Origin: Myxococcota bacterium
Lineage (GTDB): Bacteria > Myxococcota_A > UBA9160 > SZUA-336
Length of the DNA stretch: 64,000 bases
NCBI GenBank assembly: GCA_965247115.1
Contig: CBDFGR010000002.1
Location: 768,001-832,000 of the forward strand
Reading direction: 5' to 3'
In this document: positions 40,890 to 50,337 of the stretch, one piece after another
Layout of the letters: every line of letters starts with the position of its first letter
Numbering within the stretch: the first letter of the stretch is position 1
The notes under the pieces: generated by a model
The model's input: the letters and a program-made list of their open reading frames with translations, nothing else
Told to the model about the DNA's origin: nothing
The model's database searches: none
Made by a program: the position numbers and the translations under genes

Positions 40890-41094
40890 TGCAGCCCTGT
40901 GCCACTGTGTGCAGCCCCTTGCAAGGCCGCAGGCGCAACTACACGTAACTTCTAGGGGTGGGCGTGTATTCGTAATCAGCAGGTCAGCGGTTCGAGTCCG
41001 CTCGTCGGCTCCAGGGATTCCAGGCACTTACGCCGGAATCGCCCGCCCGTGGGACGCCGGAATGTAGCAACGGTGTAGCAACGGGGAGCACCTG
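40890..41094 (+). repeat. att junction 4: arm D + tRNA-Thr 3' core (40968-41013) + arm A'
   Basis: Exact 46-bp core; 41018-41094 matches 7576-7652; TGCAGCCC twice on the left. Confidence 0.9.
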
Positions 41095-41723
41095 CCGGCG
41101 GCCCCCAAGTACTGCCGAGGCACAGATGGGTGCGGGACGCGGACGAATTCGCAGAGCCCTAGTCAGGGCCTTCCTTGAGCAGATCCCTTCCGAGGCACTC
41201 GATGACTTCCAAGTTGAGGTCCGCCAAATGAAAACGATCAGCTCGGGGCAGCGTCTGGGAAGCGCTCATGTAACTTGCCTACGGCTGCATGGACTGTCAT
41301 TCCGAAACCGAACAAGGCCCACCGCGCCCGCGCGCGTCATACCCGCGGTCTCAAGCCACCCAGCGCCTCACGGCTGGCGAGAGAGAAGCACAGGGAGGAG
41401 TCCAACCCGATCACTGACTACATCGAGAAGCGGTGCAGCCTGACGCGCATCCCTGGTCGCTCCTCTCTGTTCCCTGAGCAGTATATCGGCCGAGCAGCGG
41501 CAAAGGGCTGCGATCAGGGGACGAAAAGAGAGAGAAAGGAAAAGAGGGCGGACAGGTCGGGCTGCGCATGGCCGACGCGATCGAGCAGAAACCGGGACCT
41601 TATTTCTTGTGGGTGCGGCGCTTCGACCGCTTTTCGATGTAAACAATATGGTTTTCGCACTCGGCGGGATTATTTAGGCGGGAAGGTTCATATTCGAGAT
41701 CTCCACCGGAGGTGTAACGGAGC

Positions 41724-43079
41724 ATGGGGGTTCGAAGTTCTGCCGAAATCTGGCCGCGTGTAGGCATTCTCGTCGGCTCGTTGGCGTTCTTCGCCTGGGT
41801 CGCCTTGAGCACACAGGCTGCCGAGGTGGGCACATACGCCTTCGTGGATGTCACCGTCGTGCCCATGGACCAGGAGCGCGTGATCGAGCGCCAGACCGTG
41901 CTGGTGGATAACGGCCACATCGCGGCGATCGGTCCCGTCGGGGAAACCGAGATTCCCGACACGTCAACCCGTATCGATGGAAGCGGAACGTTCCTGATGC
42001 CGGGCCTTGCCGAGATGCACGGGCACTTCCCGAACCCGAATCCCGAGATCCCCGATCGCTGGCGCGACGACCTGTTGTTGCTCTACGTCGCGAACGGCGT
42101 CACCACGGTGCGGGGCATGCAGGGGCGCGACCACCACCTCGAGCTGCGGAACAAGGTCGAGAGTCGAGAGATTCTGGGGCCGAAGCTGTACGTAGCGAGC
42201 CCGCAGTTTCGAGGGGGGGCCGGACTGGGGGCGGTGCGCTCGGCCGCGGACGCGGAGCGACTCGTCCGCGAATACAACGCGGCCGGGTTCGACTTGCTGA
42301 AAATCCAGGAAGGACTCCGGATGGACGTGTACGACGCGGTGGCCCAGACGGCGCGCGCGGTCGACATCGAATTCGCTGGTCACGTCCCCAACGAGGTGGG
42401 ATTGTTCCGGGCGCTCCAGGCGGGACAGCGGACGATCGATCACATGGACAACATGCTTGACGCGATCGAGGGCAACGAGGCCAGGATCCCGGAGATCGTG
42501 TCCGCGACGCGAGATGCGGGCGCCTGGGTGATTCCCACACAGGTCCTCTGGGAAGTATTCTTGCTAGCCCCACCCGCGGACCAGCTAGAGGCGCAGCGGA
42601 CCGAGATCCAGTATGTGCCGCGTGCGATCCGCAGCTTCTGGCGGCAGGCTCTCGAACGGCGGGGTGAACCGGCCGGAAACGCCGAGGAAGGGGCGCGGCG
42701 CGCGGCGACCAGGCGGAAGCTGTTAAAAGCGCTGAGCGAGGGGGACGTCGGGATCCTGCTCGGCACGGACTCGCCTCAGATCTACAGCGTGCCGGGATTC
42801 TCGATTCACAGAGAGATGCGCGTGATGGTGGAGAGTGGCCTGACACCCTATCAAGTTCTCGCGTCGGGCACGCGGCGTGTCGCGGAGTATCTAGGAACGA
42901 CAGAGACCACCGGGACCGTCGCCGTCGGCAAGCGGGCCGACCTCATTCTCGTCAACGGAAACCCGCTGGAGGATGTGGCCAACGTCGCAAGACGCACCGG
43001 TGTCGTGGTAAACGGCCAGTGGCTGCCGGAGAGCCAGATCCAGGAACGCCTCCACGAGATCTCGGCTTCGAGTCGCTAG
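41724..43079 (+). CDS. Secreted amidohydrolase family protein
   Basis: MPGLAEMHGH, GVTTVRGM, LLGTDS, GKRADLILVNGNPL. Confidence 0.9.
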   Translation: MGVRSSAEIWPRVGILVGSLAFFAWVALSTQAAEVGTYAFVDVTVVPMDQERVIERQTVLVDNGHIAAIGPVGETEIPDTSTRIDGSGTFLMPGLAEMHGHFPNPNPEIPDRWRDDLLLLYVANGVTTVRGMQGRDHHLELRNKVESREILGPKLYVASPQFRGGAGLGAVRSAADAERLVREYNAAGFDLLKIQEGLRMDVYDAVAQTARAVDIEFAGHVPNEVGLFRALQAGQRTIDHMDNMLDAIEGNEARIPEIVSATRDAGAWVIPTQVLWEVFLLAPPADQLEAQRTEIQYVPRAIRSFWRQALERRGEPAGNAEEGARRAATRRKLLKALSEGDVGILLGTDSPQIYSVPGFSIHREMRVMVESGLTPYQVLASGTRRVAEYLGTTETTGTVAVGKRADLILVNGNPLEDVANVARRTGVVVNGQWLPESQIQERLHEISASSR

Positions 43080-43193
43080 CTCGGTGCCATAGCCGCGCGC
43101 ATCGTAGGCACGGGAACCACATGGGAACCCGCGGGCAAGCGGCATTTAGCCACTCTGCTCGGCCGACTTCTTCAAGAGAGTGAAGCCTGTTAG

Positions 43194-43370
43194 ATGACTT
43201 TCGTCTTCCTCGTTGGCGCTGGCTTCAACGTGGATGCGAATCACGTAGCCAAGGCGCGCGCGACGCGGAACGACAAGCTGCACGCCGCGATGATGAAGTC
43301 CGCACTGGGCGGCAACGCCACGATGCAGATCAGGCTCTCGAAGCAGTGGCTCGGGATGCGGGACGTCCGC
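43194..43370 (+). pseudogene. Chimera of a SIR2-like N-terminus and a terminase-small-subunit-like fragment
   Basis: FVFLVGAGFN followed by KSALGGNATMQIRLSKQWLGMRD. Confidence 0.45.
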
Positions 43371-43722
43371 GCCCTGAGCTCACCGGATCGAGTGGTGGTC
43401 CGCTCGAGGTCGACAGTGGACTCCGGCCGGTCCTCGAGAAGAAGCTCGCGGAGTTCCTGCGGAGCCGCAGGAAGGGTTGATCAGCCAGCGCATCCTGAGC
43501 CGCCTCTGCCCCCGAGGGGCGCTCCCACCTTAGGCACGGGCGCAGACCAGCGCGGCAGGCGACATCGCCTTGCCATCAGCAGGTCGCCGAGAAATCGAAG
43601 GCGGCTTTGCCGGTTTGCACCCGCGGGTCCGGACCCGCACCAACGATCACGACATGGCTCATCGCGATCCTCCTTCCTTCGGAACGCCACAATAACGGAG
43701 TGCTTGATTCCAGCTGGGTGCG

Positions 43723-45199
43723 TTATTTCGAATTCTGTTCCAACGCAAATTTTTCTTCCGGCGACATCACCAACCGGTGACGCCCGAAGAAATGAAAATA
43801 GGCGGCGCCCAGCATGAACCAGACGGCCACGCCGATAACACCTGTACGATAGGTCGCATCACCCAGTTGAAACGCCAGCGTTATCGCCGCGATGACAACG
43901 GTAACGTACGCGCCGAGTTGCCCCAGGGGGCTCCTATACGGTCGATCGATACTCGGCTGATTGCGACGCAATCGGATAAAGCTCACGCCTTGCATGATGT
44001 AGGAGAACATGGCCGAACACGGCCATGTTCAGCAGGGTGCCGCCAATGATTGCCGTACCCCGCTCCGCGCCCATCAGAAACCAGACGCCCAGCATAACGG
44101 CGAGGCCAAGAAGTGCGCCTGTGACCATGGCAACATGGGGCGTCTTGCGATCCCCGTGCGTGAGCGAGAGAAAGGTCGGGAAGTAGCCCGCCCGAGACAA
44201 CGAATAGATCTGTCGACCCTCGGCAAAGATGATGGTGTGAAACGAAGCGATCAGGCCCACCACCGCGATCAGCGCGAGTAACTTGGCCGTTTCACCTCCG
44301 TAGATGGCCCGGAATCCATCCAATAAAGGCTCGGCGGACTGACCGAGCGCGTGAGACCCCACCCCTATAACGCCGGGATTCAAAAACAAGATCAGAAACG
44401 CTGACAGCATCAGCGTCAACATCCCGGCAATGATTCCGCGAGGAATGTCCCGCTGCGGCGCGCGCGACTCTTCGGCCGCCAGAGGCAACTGCTCGATAGC
44501 AAGAAACAACCACACCGCAAAGGGCAATGCGGTCAGCGCCCCGGAAAATCCGAACGGTAGCAACGGACCGTGGCCACCAGGCAACAAACCCCCGCCTCGC
44601 GCGATATCAAGCGCCGCCCCTGAAAAGTCGAACTGCGGTATCGCGGACACCCAGAAAACAGCGAGGCTTGTCAGTGCCGCGAGGGTGACAAACACCGTCA
44701 CCCTGAACGAGAGCGCCACTCCCCTTGCATTCAGCGCCACGAACAGGGCGTAAGCCAGCGCCCAATAGACCGGCAGCAGCTCCATCGGCGTTTCGAATAT
44801 CTGACTCAAGTACGATGAAATGAAAAAGACGATCACCGCGGGTGTCAGCACGTATTCCACATTCTCGGCCAGGCCGGTCAGAAAGCCGCCCCAGGGACCC
44901 ATGGCGGTACGGGCGAAGGAATAGGCGCCACCGGTATGCGGCAGCGCCGGGCTCATTTCCGCAATGGAAAAGACCAGCCCGAGAAACATCACCATGATGA
45001 TTACCGTGGCGATGAACATGCCTCCCCAACCACCCACCGCCAAGCCGATGTTCCAACCCGAGAAGTGGCCGGAGATCACCGCGCCCACGCCCAGTGCCCA
45101 CAGCGACCAGACTCCGGCATGGCGCTTCAAGCCCCGCTTTTCGAAGTACTCCGCATCTTTCTGGCTGTAGCTGACTCCGAAATTGTGGTTGCCTGGCAT
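43723..45199 (-). pseudogene. Ethanolamine/amino-acid permease (APC), frameshift near 44015
   Basis: LWALGVGAVISGHFSGWN, WLFLAIE, ASFHTII; C-terminal MFSYIMQ...RPYRSP in another frame. Confidence 0.85.
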
Positions 45200-45264
45200 T
45201 CAGACCATCCTGCTACGTTGTTGTTCGTTGCCCCGCTACCTGTTGCGGATGATACGCTGTCGAA

Positions 45265-46404
45265 ATGAATTTCCCTGATCGAAACTTTCGCCTCGTCACG
45301 GCACTCCTGTTGGTCTGCCTCCTCCCGTACCCCACCGCCATGGCGGAAGACGCTTTGGGAAATCTCGTTCTAGTGACCGTGGATGGCATTCGTTGGCAGG
45401 AAGTGTTTGATGGCGTCGACCCCAAATTGATCGAGGACAGTCGCTATTCCCGAAACCCCGAGCTGCTGAAGAAAACCTACTGGCACGAACAACGAAGCAA
45501 ACGGCGTCAACGGCTTTTTCCATTTCTGTGGTCGGTGATCGCCTCCGAAGGTGTGCTGGTCGGAGACCGAGAGCACGAAAGCTATATGGATGTCAGCAAC
45601 TCCTGGTGGTTTTCCTACCCCGGCTACAACGAAATTCTCACTGGGCGAGCCGATCCTGCCATCGATTCCAACGATCCCAACTGGAACGCGAATGTCACAT
45701 TCTTGGAAATTCTGAATGGCATGACTGGTTTCACAGGCCGTGTGTTGGCCTTTGGCTCCTGGAAGGTCTTTCCCTATATCATCAACGCCCAACGCAGTGG
45801 AATCCCGGTGAATGCCGGGTTCGCAATCGAAACGCCTGCTGCAAGCGAACAGATCCGTTGGTTAAATAAGGTCTCCGCTGAAGCGCCCAGGCTTTGGTCG
45901 GCCGTTAGGGTTGATTTCATCACCCATGGATACGCCATGGAGGCTCTCAGGCGTCAGCGCCCCCGCGTACTCTATATCGCTTATGGTGAAACCGATGACT
46001 TTGCCCATGACCGCAGTTACGACCGCTACGTTGATGCGGCACACCGGACAGATCAGATGCTGTCAGGCTTGTGGGATTGGCTGCAGACTTCGCCCTTTTA
46101 TGACGGCCGCACCACGCTGATCATCACCACAGATCACGGTAGAGGAAATACGCCGGATGGTTGGCCCCATCACGCCAGTGCCGCCGCCACCGCCAAACGC
46201 GGCATTCTGGATGCGCCTGACGGCGTAGTGGGGTCCAACGAAATCTGGCTTGCGGCCATTGGGCCTTCCATCCATTCGAAGGGTCTGACCAAGGGGCGCT
46301 GGAAACAATCGCAAATTGCCGCAACCGCACTGGCCAGTCTGCAGCTGGATCCGGTCAAGTTGTTACCACGCGCCGACAAAGCCATGCTCCAACTGTTGCG
46401 TTGA
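45265..46404 (+). CDS. Alkaline phosphatase superfamily / phosphoglyceromutase-like secreted protein
   Basis: VTVDGIRWQE, SYPGYNE, ETDDFAH, TTDHGRG. Confidence 0.85.
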   Translation: MNFPDRNFRLVTALLLVCLLPYPTAMAEDALGNLVLVTVDGIRWQEVFDGVDPKLIEDSRYSRNPELLKKTYWHEQRSKRRQRLFPFLWSVIASEGVLVGDREHESYMDVSNSWWFSYPGYNEILTGRADPAIDSNDPNWNANVTFLEILNGMTGFTGRVLAFGSWKVFPYIINAQRSGIPVNAGFAIETPAASEQIRWLNKVSAEAPRLWSAVRVDFITHGYAMEALRRQRPRVLYIAYGETDDFAHDRSYDRYVDAAHRTDQMLSGLWDWLQTSPFYDGRTTLIITTDHGRGNTPDGWPHHASAAATAKRGILDAPDGVVGSNEIWLAAIGPSIHSKGLTKGRWKQSQIAATALASLQLDPVKLLPRADKAMLQLLR

Positions 46405-46426
46405 CGCAGGCACGGGGAAATATCTC

Positions 46427-46642
46427 CTATTCCCGACGCGGCGCACAGACCTCGAGTTGATGCCCGTCGGGATCGTCGAAATAGATTGATCGTGCCGGCA
46501 TCCAGTCGTGCGTCACGGGACCCGAGACGTCGATATGGCGGTCACGCAGCCGCGCTGCGACCGCCTCGATCTGCGCATCGTCGGCCGTGAACGCAAAGTG
46601 AAGGGGACGCCACGCCTCGGGCCGGGCAGACCTCTGCTTCAA
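46427..46642 (-). pseudogene. VOC family C-terminal fragment
   Basis: LHFAF...RSIYFDDPDGHQLE. Confidence 0.7.
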
Positions 46643-46973
46643 CCCGATGCGAGTTGGCGCACTAGTCGCGTTGACGGTGGCGGTTTGGAGGCGGACCTAG
46701 CGTCCGAAAGATCGTGGGCGTTCTCTGCTCAGGCGAGGCAGACTGCTCGTCCGCCAGAAGGGACTCAGGCACAGCTGCTCGGGGACTTCGCAGGCCGCTC
46801 AGAGAATTTCGTCGATCCGAACGAGCGCCCTCAGCCCAAGGGAGTCTCGGAGCCCAGCGGACTTTGTGTCGTCCGCCGAGTTTCCCACAGGGAGCGTGAG
46901 CCCGTGCGGAACCGCAGGTCTCGCCGCAGGTCTCCGTTCCTCGTGACAAAACTCTCTCGTCTATACTAGCCCC

Positions 46974-49667
46974 GTGCAACGCTCACGCGCCCTGATCCTC
47001 TTCGGCATCCTCGTTCTGATCACCGTCGTGCCCGCGCTGATCAAGTTCTATACGGACTGGATCTGGTTCGCGCAGGTCGGCTATCTGGAGGTGTTCCTGC
47101 GCTCGATCACGGCGCGGCTCGCGCTCGGGTCGATCGCGTTCGTGCTGGCGTTCGGCGTTCTCGCCGCCAACTTCTACCTGGCGCAGGGGGCGCTGCGGCG
47201 GCGCGAGTTCCGGGTCATGGGCGAGGCTGGGCCGCGCATCGTCTCGGTCGACCTGACCCGGATCAAGGTGTTCGTCTACCTCGGCGCGGGCGTGCTCGCA
47301 TTCCTGATCGCCCTCTACGCCTCGTCGCAGTGGGAGACCTGGCTGCTATGGCGCCACGCCGTGCCGTTCGGGTCGACCGATCCGATCCTGGGGAACGACA
47401 CCGCCTTCTACATCTTTCAGCTGCCGTTCTACCAGTTCGTTCAGGGCCTGGCGCTGGTCACGGTCCTCCTCGCGGCAGCGGGCGTAGCGGGTGCCCACGG
47501 CGCGTCGGGGAACCTCTCGTTCGACGCGGCCCGCGGGGTCGTGGCGACCCGCATGGTCACACGTCACCTGTCCGTGCTGGGGGCCCTGGTCCTGCTGCTG
47601 CTGGCGGTGGGGACCTACCTCCGGATCCCCGAACTCCTGACCACGGACTCCGGAACCGTCTTCGGCGCCTCGTACGCGGACGTCCACGCGCGCATGCCGG
47701 CCCTGCGACTCCTCATTGCCGCCTGCCTGATTGGGGCGGCGCTGGCCCTCTTTCAGGTGCGGCTCCAGCGTCTGTGGCCGGCTGCGGGAGCGGCGGGCCT
47801 CTACCTCGTGGTCGCCTTCGGCGGGGCCGCGTACTCGGCCGTCATCCAGCGCTTCGTGGTCGCCCCGAACGAGCAGGTTCGCGAGACCCCCTACATCATC
47901 CACAACATCGCCATGACGCGGGACGCGTTCGGGCTGGACGGCGTGGTCGAGCGGCCGCTCTCGGGGGAGGCGCGTCTGACGCTCGACGACCTCGAGAACA
48001 ACCGGGCGACCCTCGACAACGTGCCGCTCTGGAACGACCAGCCGCTGCTCGACACGTTCGGGCAGATCCAGGAGATCCGCACGTACTACGACTTCGTGTC
48101 GGTCGACAATGACCGGTACACGATCGATGGCGAGTACCGCCAGATCATGCTGTCAGCGCGGGAGCTCAACTCGGAGAGCCTGCCGAGCCGCTCCTGGATC
48201 AACGAACGGCTCACCTTCACCCACGGCTACGGGCTGACCCTCGGGCCCGTGAATCAGGTCACGCCCGAGGGGCTGCCCGTCCTGTTCATCAAGGACCTGC
48301 CGCCCAAGTCCGCGGTCGGCCTGGAGATCACGCAGCCCGCGGTGTACTACGGCGAGCTCTCGAGCGATCACGTCTTCGTCAACACCAAGACCGAGGAGTT
48401 CGACTACCCCGAGGGTGAGGACAACAAGTTCACGCGGTACGAGGGCGACGGGGGCGTCGTCTTGGGTGGGCTCTTCCGGCGGCTGATGTTCGCGATCCGG
48501 TTCCGGTCCACGGACACGCTCTTCTCGCCGAACCTCACGCCGGAGACGCGCGTGATGCTGTATCGCCGGATCTCGGAGCGCGTGCGGCGGATCGCCCCCT
48601 TCCTGACCTACGATCCGGACCCCTACCTGGCGATCTCCGGAGGCGGTCTGGTCTGGGTCCAGGACGCCTACACCACCAGCGGCAGCTACCCCTACTCGAC
48701 CCCCGCCGCGAACGATCTCAACTACATCCGCAACTCCGTGAAGGTCACCATCAACGCCTACGACGGGAGGACGACGTTCCACCTGCTGGACCCCGACGAC
48801 CCGATCGCGGCGACACTCGATCGCGTCTTCCCGGGCCTCTTCACACCGCTCGGGGAGATGGCGGACGACCTGCGCACGCGCCTGCGCTACCCGCCCGGCA
48901 TCTTCGGGATTCAGGCGGCGATGTTCTCGACGTTCCACATGACGAACCCCGCGGTCTTCTACAACCGTGAGGACCAGTGGGACATCCCGTCGATCGATGA
49001 CGGCCTCGAGTCGCGGCGGATGGAGCCCTACTACACCATCATGAAGCTCCCGGGTGAGTCGGGGGCCGAGTACATTCAGATGCTGCCGTTCACGCCCCGC
49101 CAGAAGGAGAACCTGGCCGCGTGGATGGTCGCGCGCAGCGACGGGGAGAACTACGGGCAGCTGGCCACCTTCCAGTTCCCGAAGCAGACAGTGGTGTTCG
49201 GTCCGAACCAGATCGCGGCCCGCATCAACCAGGACCAGGACATCGCGCCTCAGATCACGCTCTGGAACCAGCAGGGGTCCGAGGTGATCCAGGGCAACCT
49301 CCTCGTCATCCCGATCGAGGAGTCGCTCATCTACATCCGCCCGCTCTACCTGCGGGCGGCCGGGGGCCGCATCCCCGAGATGAAGCGGGTGATGGTCGCC
49401 TACCGGAACCAGATCGTGATGGAGGAGTCGCTCGACCAGGCCCTCGAGCGGATGTTCCCGAGCGACGGACGGGCGCTCGTAGCGGCCCCCGAGGAGTTCC
49501 GCCCCGATCTGGGGACAGCGGACGGAACCGACCTGGCCGGAGAGGCTCAGCTGCACTACCAGCGGGCCATCCGAGCGCAGCGCGAGGGCGATTGGGCCCG
49601 CTACGGCGAGGAGTTCGAGCGGTTGGGCCAGATCCTGGAGCGCCTCGGCTCCCAGCCGACCGACTAG
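46974..49667 (+). CDS. UPF0182 family membrane protein
   Basis: YTDWIWFAQVGY, DPILGND.FYIFQLP, THGYG, NYIRNSVK, GNLLVIP. Confidence 0.93.
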   Translation: MQRSRALILFGILVLITVVPALIKFYTDWIWFAQVGYLEVFLRSITARLALGSIAFVLAFGVLAANFYLAQGALRRREFRVMGEAGPRIVSVDLTRIKVFVYLGAGVLAFLIALYASSQWETWLLWRHAVPFGSTDPILGNDTAFYIFQLPFYQFVQGLALVTVLLAAAGVAGAHGASGNLSFDAARGVVATRMVTRHLSVLGALVLLLLAVGTYLRIPELLTTDSGTVFGASYADVHARMPALRLLIAACLIGAALALFQVRLQRLWPAAGAAGLYLVVAFGGAAYSAVIQRFVVAPNEQVRETPYIIHNIAMTRDAFGLDGVVERPLSGEARLTLDDLENNRATLDNVPLWNDQPLLDTFGQIQEIRTYYDFVSVDNDRYTIDGEYRQIMLSARELNSESLPSRSWINERLTFTHGYGLTLGPVNQVTPEGLPVLFIKDLPPKSAVGLEITQPAVYYGELSSDHVFVNTKTEEFDYPEGEDNKFTRYEGDGGVVLGGLFRRLMFAIRFRSTDTLFSPNLTPETRVMLYRRISERVRRIAPFLTYDPDPYLAISGGGLVWVQDAYTTSGSYPYSTPAANDLNYIRNSVKVTINAYDGRTTFHLLDPDDPIAATLDRVFPGLFTPLGEMADDLRTRLRYPPGIFGIQAAMFSTFHMTNPAVFYNREDQWDIPSIDDGLESRRMEPYYTIMKLPGESGAEYIQMLPFTPRQKENLAAWMVARSDGENYGQLATFQFPKQTVVFGPNQIAARINQDQDIAPQITLWNQQGSEVIQGNLLVIPIEESLIYIRPLYLRAAGGRIPEMKRVMVAYRNQIVMEESLDQALERMFPSDGRALVAAPEEFRPDLGTADGTDLAGEAQLHYQRAIRAQREGDWARYGEEFERLGQILERLGSQPTD

Positions 49668-49668
49668 G

Positions 49669-49918
49669 GTGAAGTATGCCGCGGTCGGGATCGCGGTGCT
49701 GTCTGCGCTCGCGTTCGGCTGGCTGTTCTACCAGAGCCGTGTCGCGAATCCCCGGGTGGAGCTCGAGCTACGCCAGCGCCCCGACGGAGAGCGGGCGCGT
49801 CGGGTCATGCTCGTGACGCTGCCCAGCGGGCGGACGCTTCCCGTCAACTACCTGCGTGAGGCCGATAGGGTCTACGCGGGCGCGGACGGGCGCTGGTGGA
49901 GGGAGCTGCGGGGATCCC
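49669..49918 (+). pseudogene. Membrane-anchored protein truncated by att arm A
   Basis: TLPVNYLRE...GADGRWWRELRG, then reads into the repeat. Confidence 0.55.
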
Positions 49919-50118
49919 CGACTCGAGCCTGTTGCCCGACGGGCAGCTATGTAACAACGATGTAGCAGCGGGAACGGCACAGCCCGGTTCAAGGTGGGAC
50001 GGCTGCCGCCCTCCAAGCCCTTGATCCGGCGTCCCATGTCGTCCCGCGGCGTGCCGTCGGGGGCGATTCGTAATCAGCATGTCAGCGGTTCGAGTCCGCT
50101 CGTCGGCTCCAGGGATTC
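49919..50118 (+). repeat. att junction 5: arm A + tRNA-Thr 3' core (50066-50111)
   Basis: Core with one mismatch (50080); left arm matches 16239-16385; TGTAACAACGA-TGTAGCAGCGG at 49950-49971. Confidence 0.9.
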
Positions 50119-50337
50119 GCCTTCCATCTCGACTAGTTGCGTGCGCGGGACGACTACCGCAGCCCGCGCCATGCCGACGTGGAACAGCTCGTCGGCAAAC
50201 CGCCGGTGGTCCGACTTCGGCTCGCGTTCGGTGATCCAACAACGAATTTGCCCGCAGGAGTTTATGGCCCGAATCACAACACGAGCAATCTGCCATCGCT
50301 GCTGGGCGCCGCACGTCGACTAAGCGAAACAGACTGA

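Noticed and set aside
43194..43250. SIR2-based anti-phage system
   Set aside because: Only about 15 N-terminal residues (LVGAGF) are present, with no partner gene.
15496..50111. tRNA 3' copies as additional tRNA genes or a CRISPR-like array
   Set aside because: They lack the 5' half (acceptor 5' strand and D-arm). Spacing is 0.9-25 kb and irregular, and there are no cas genes.
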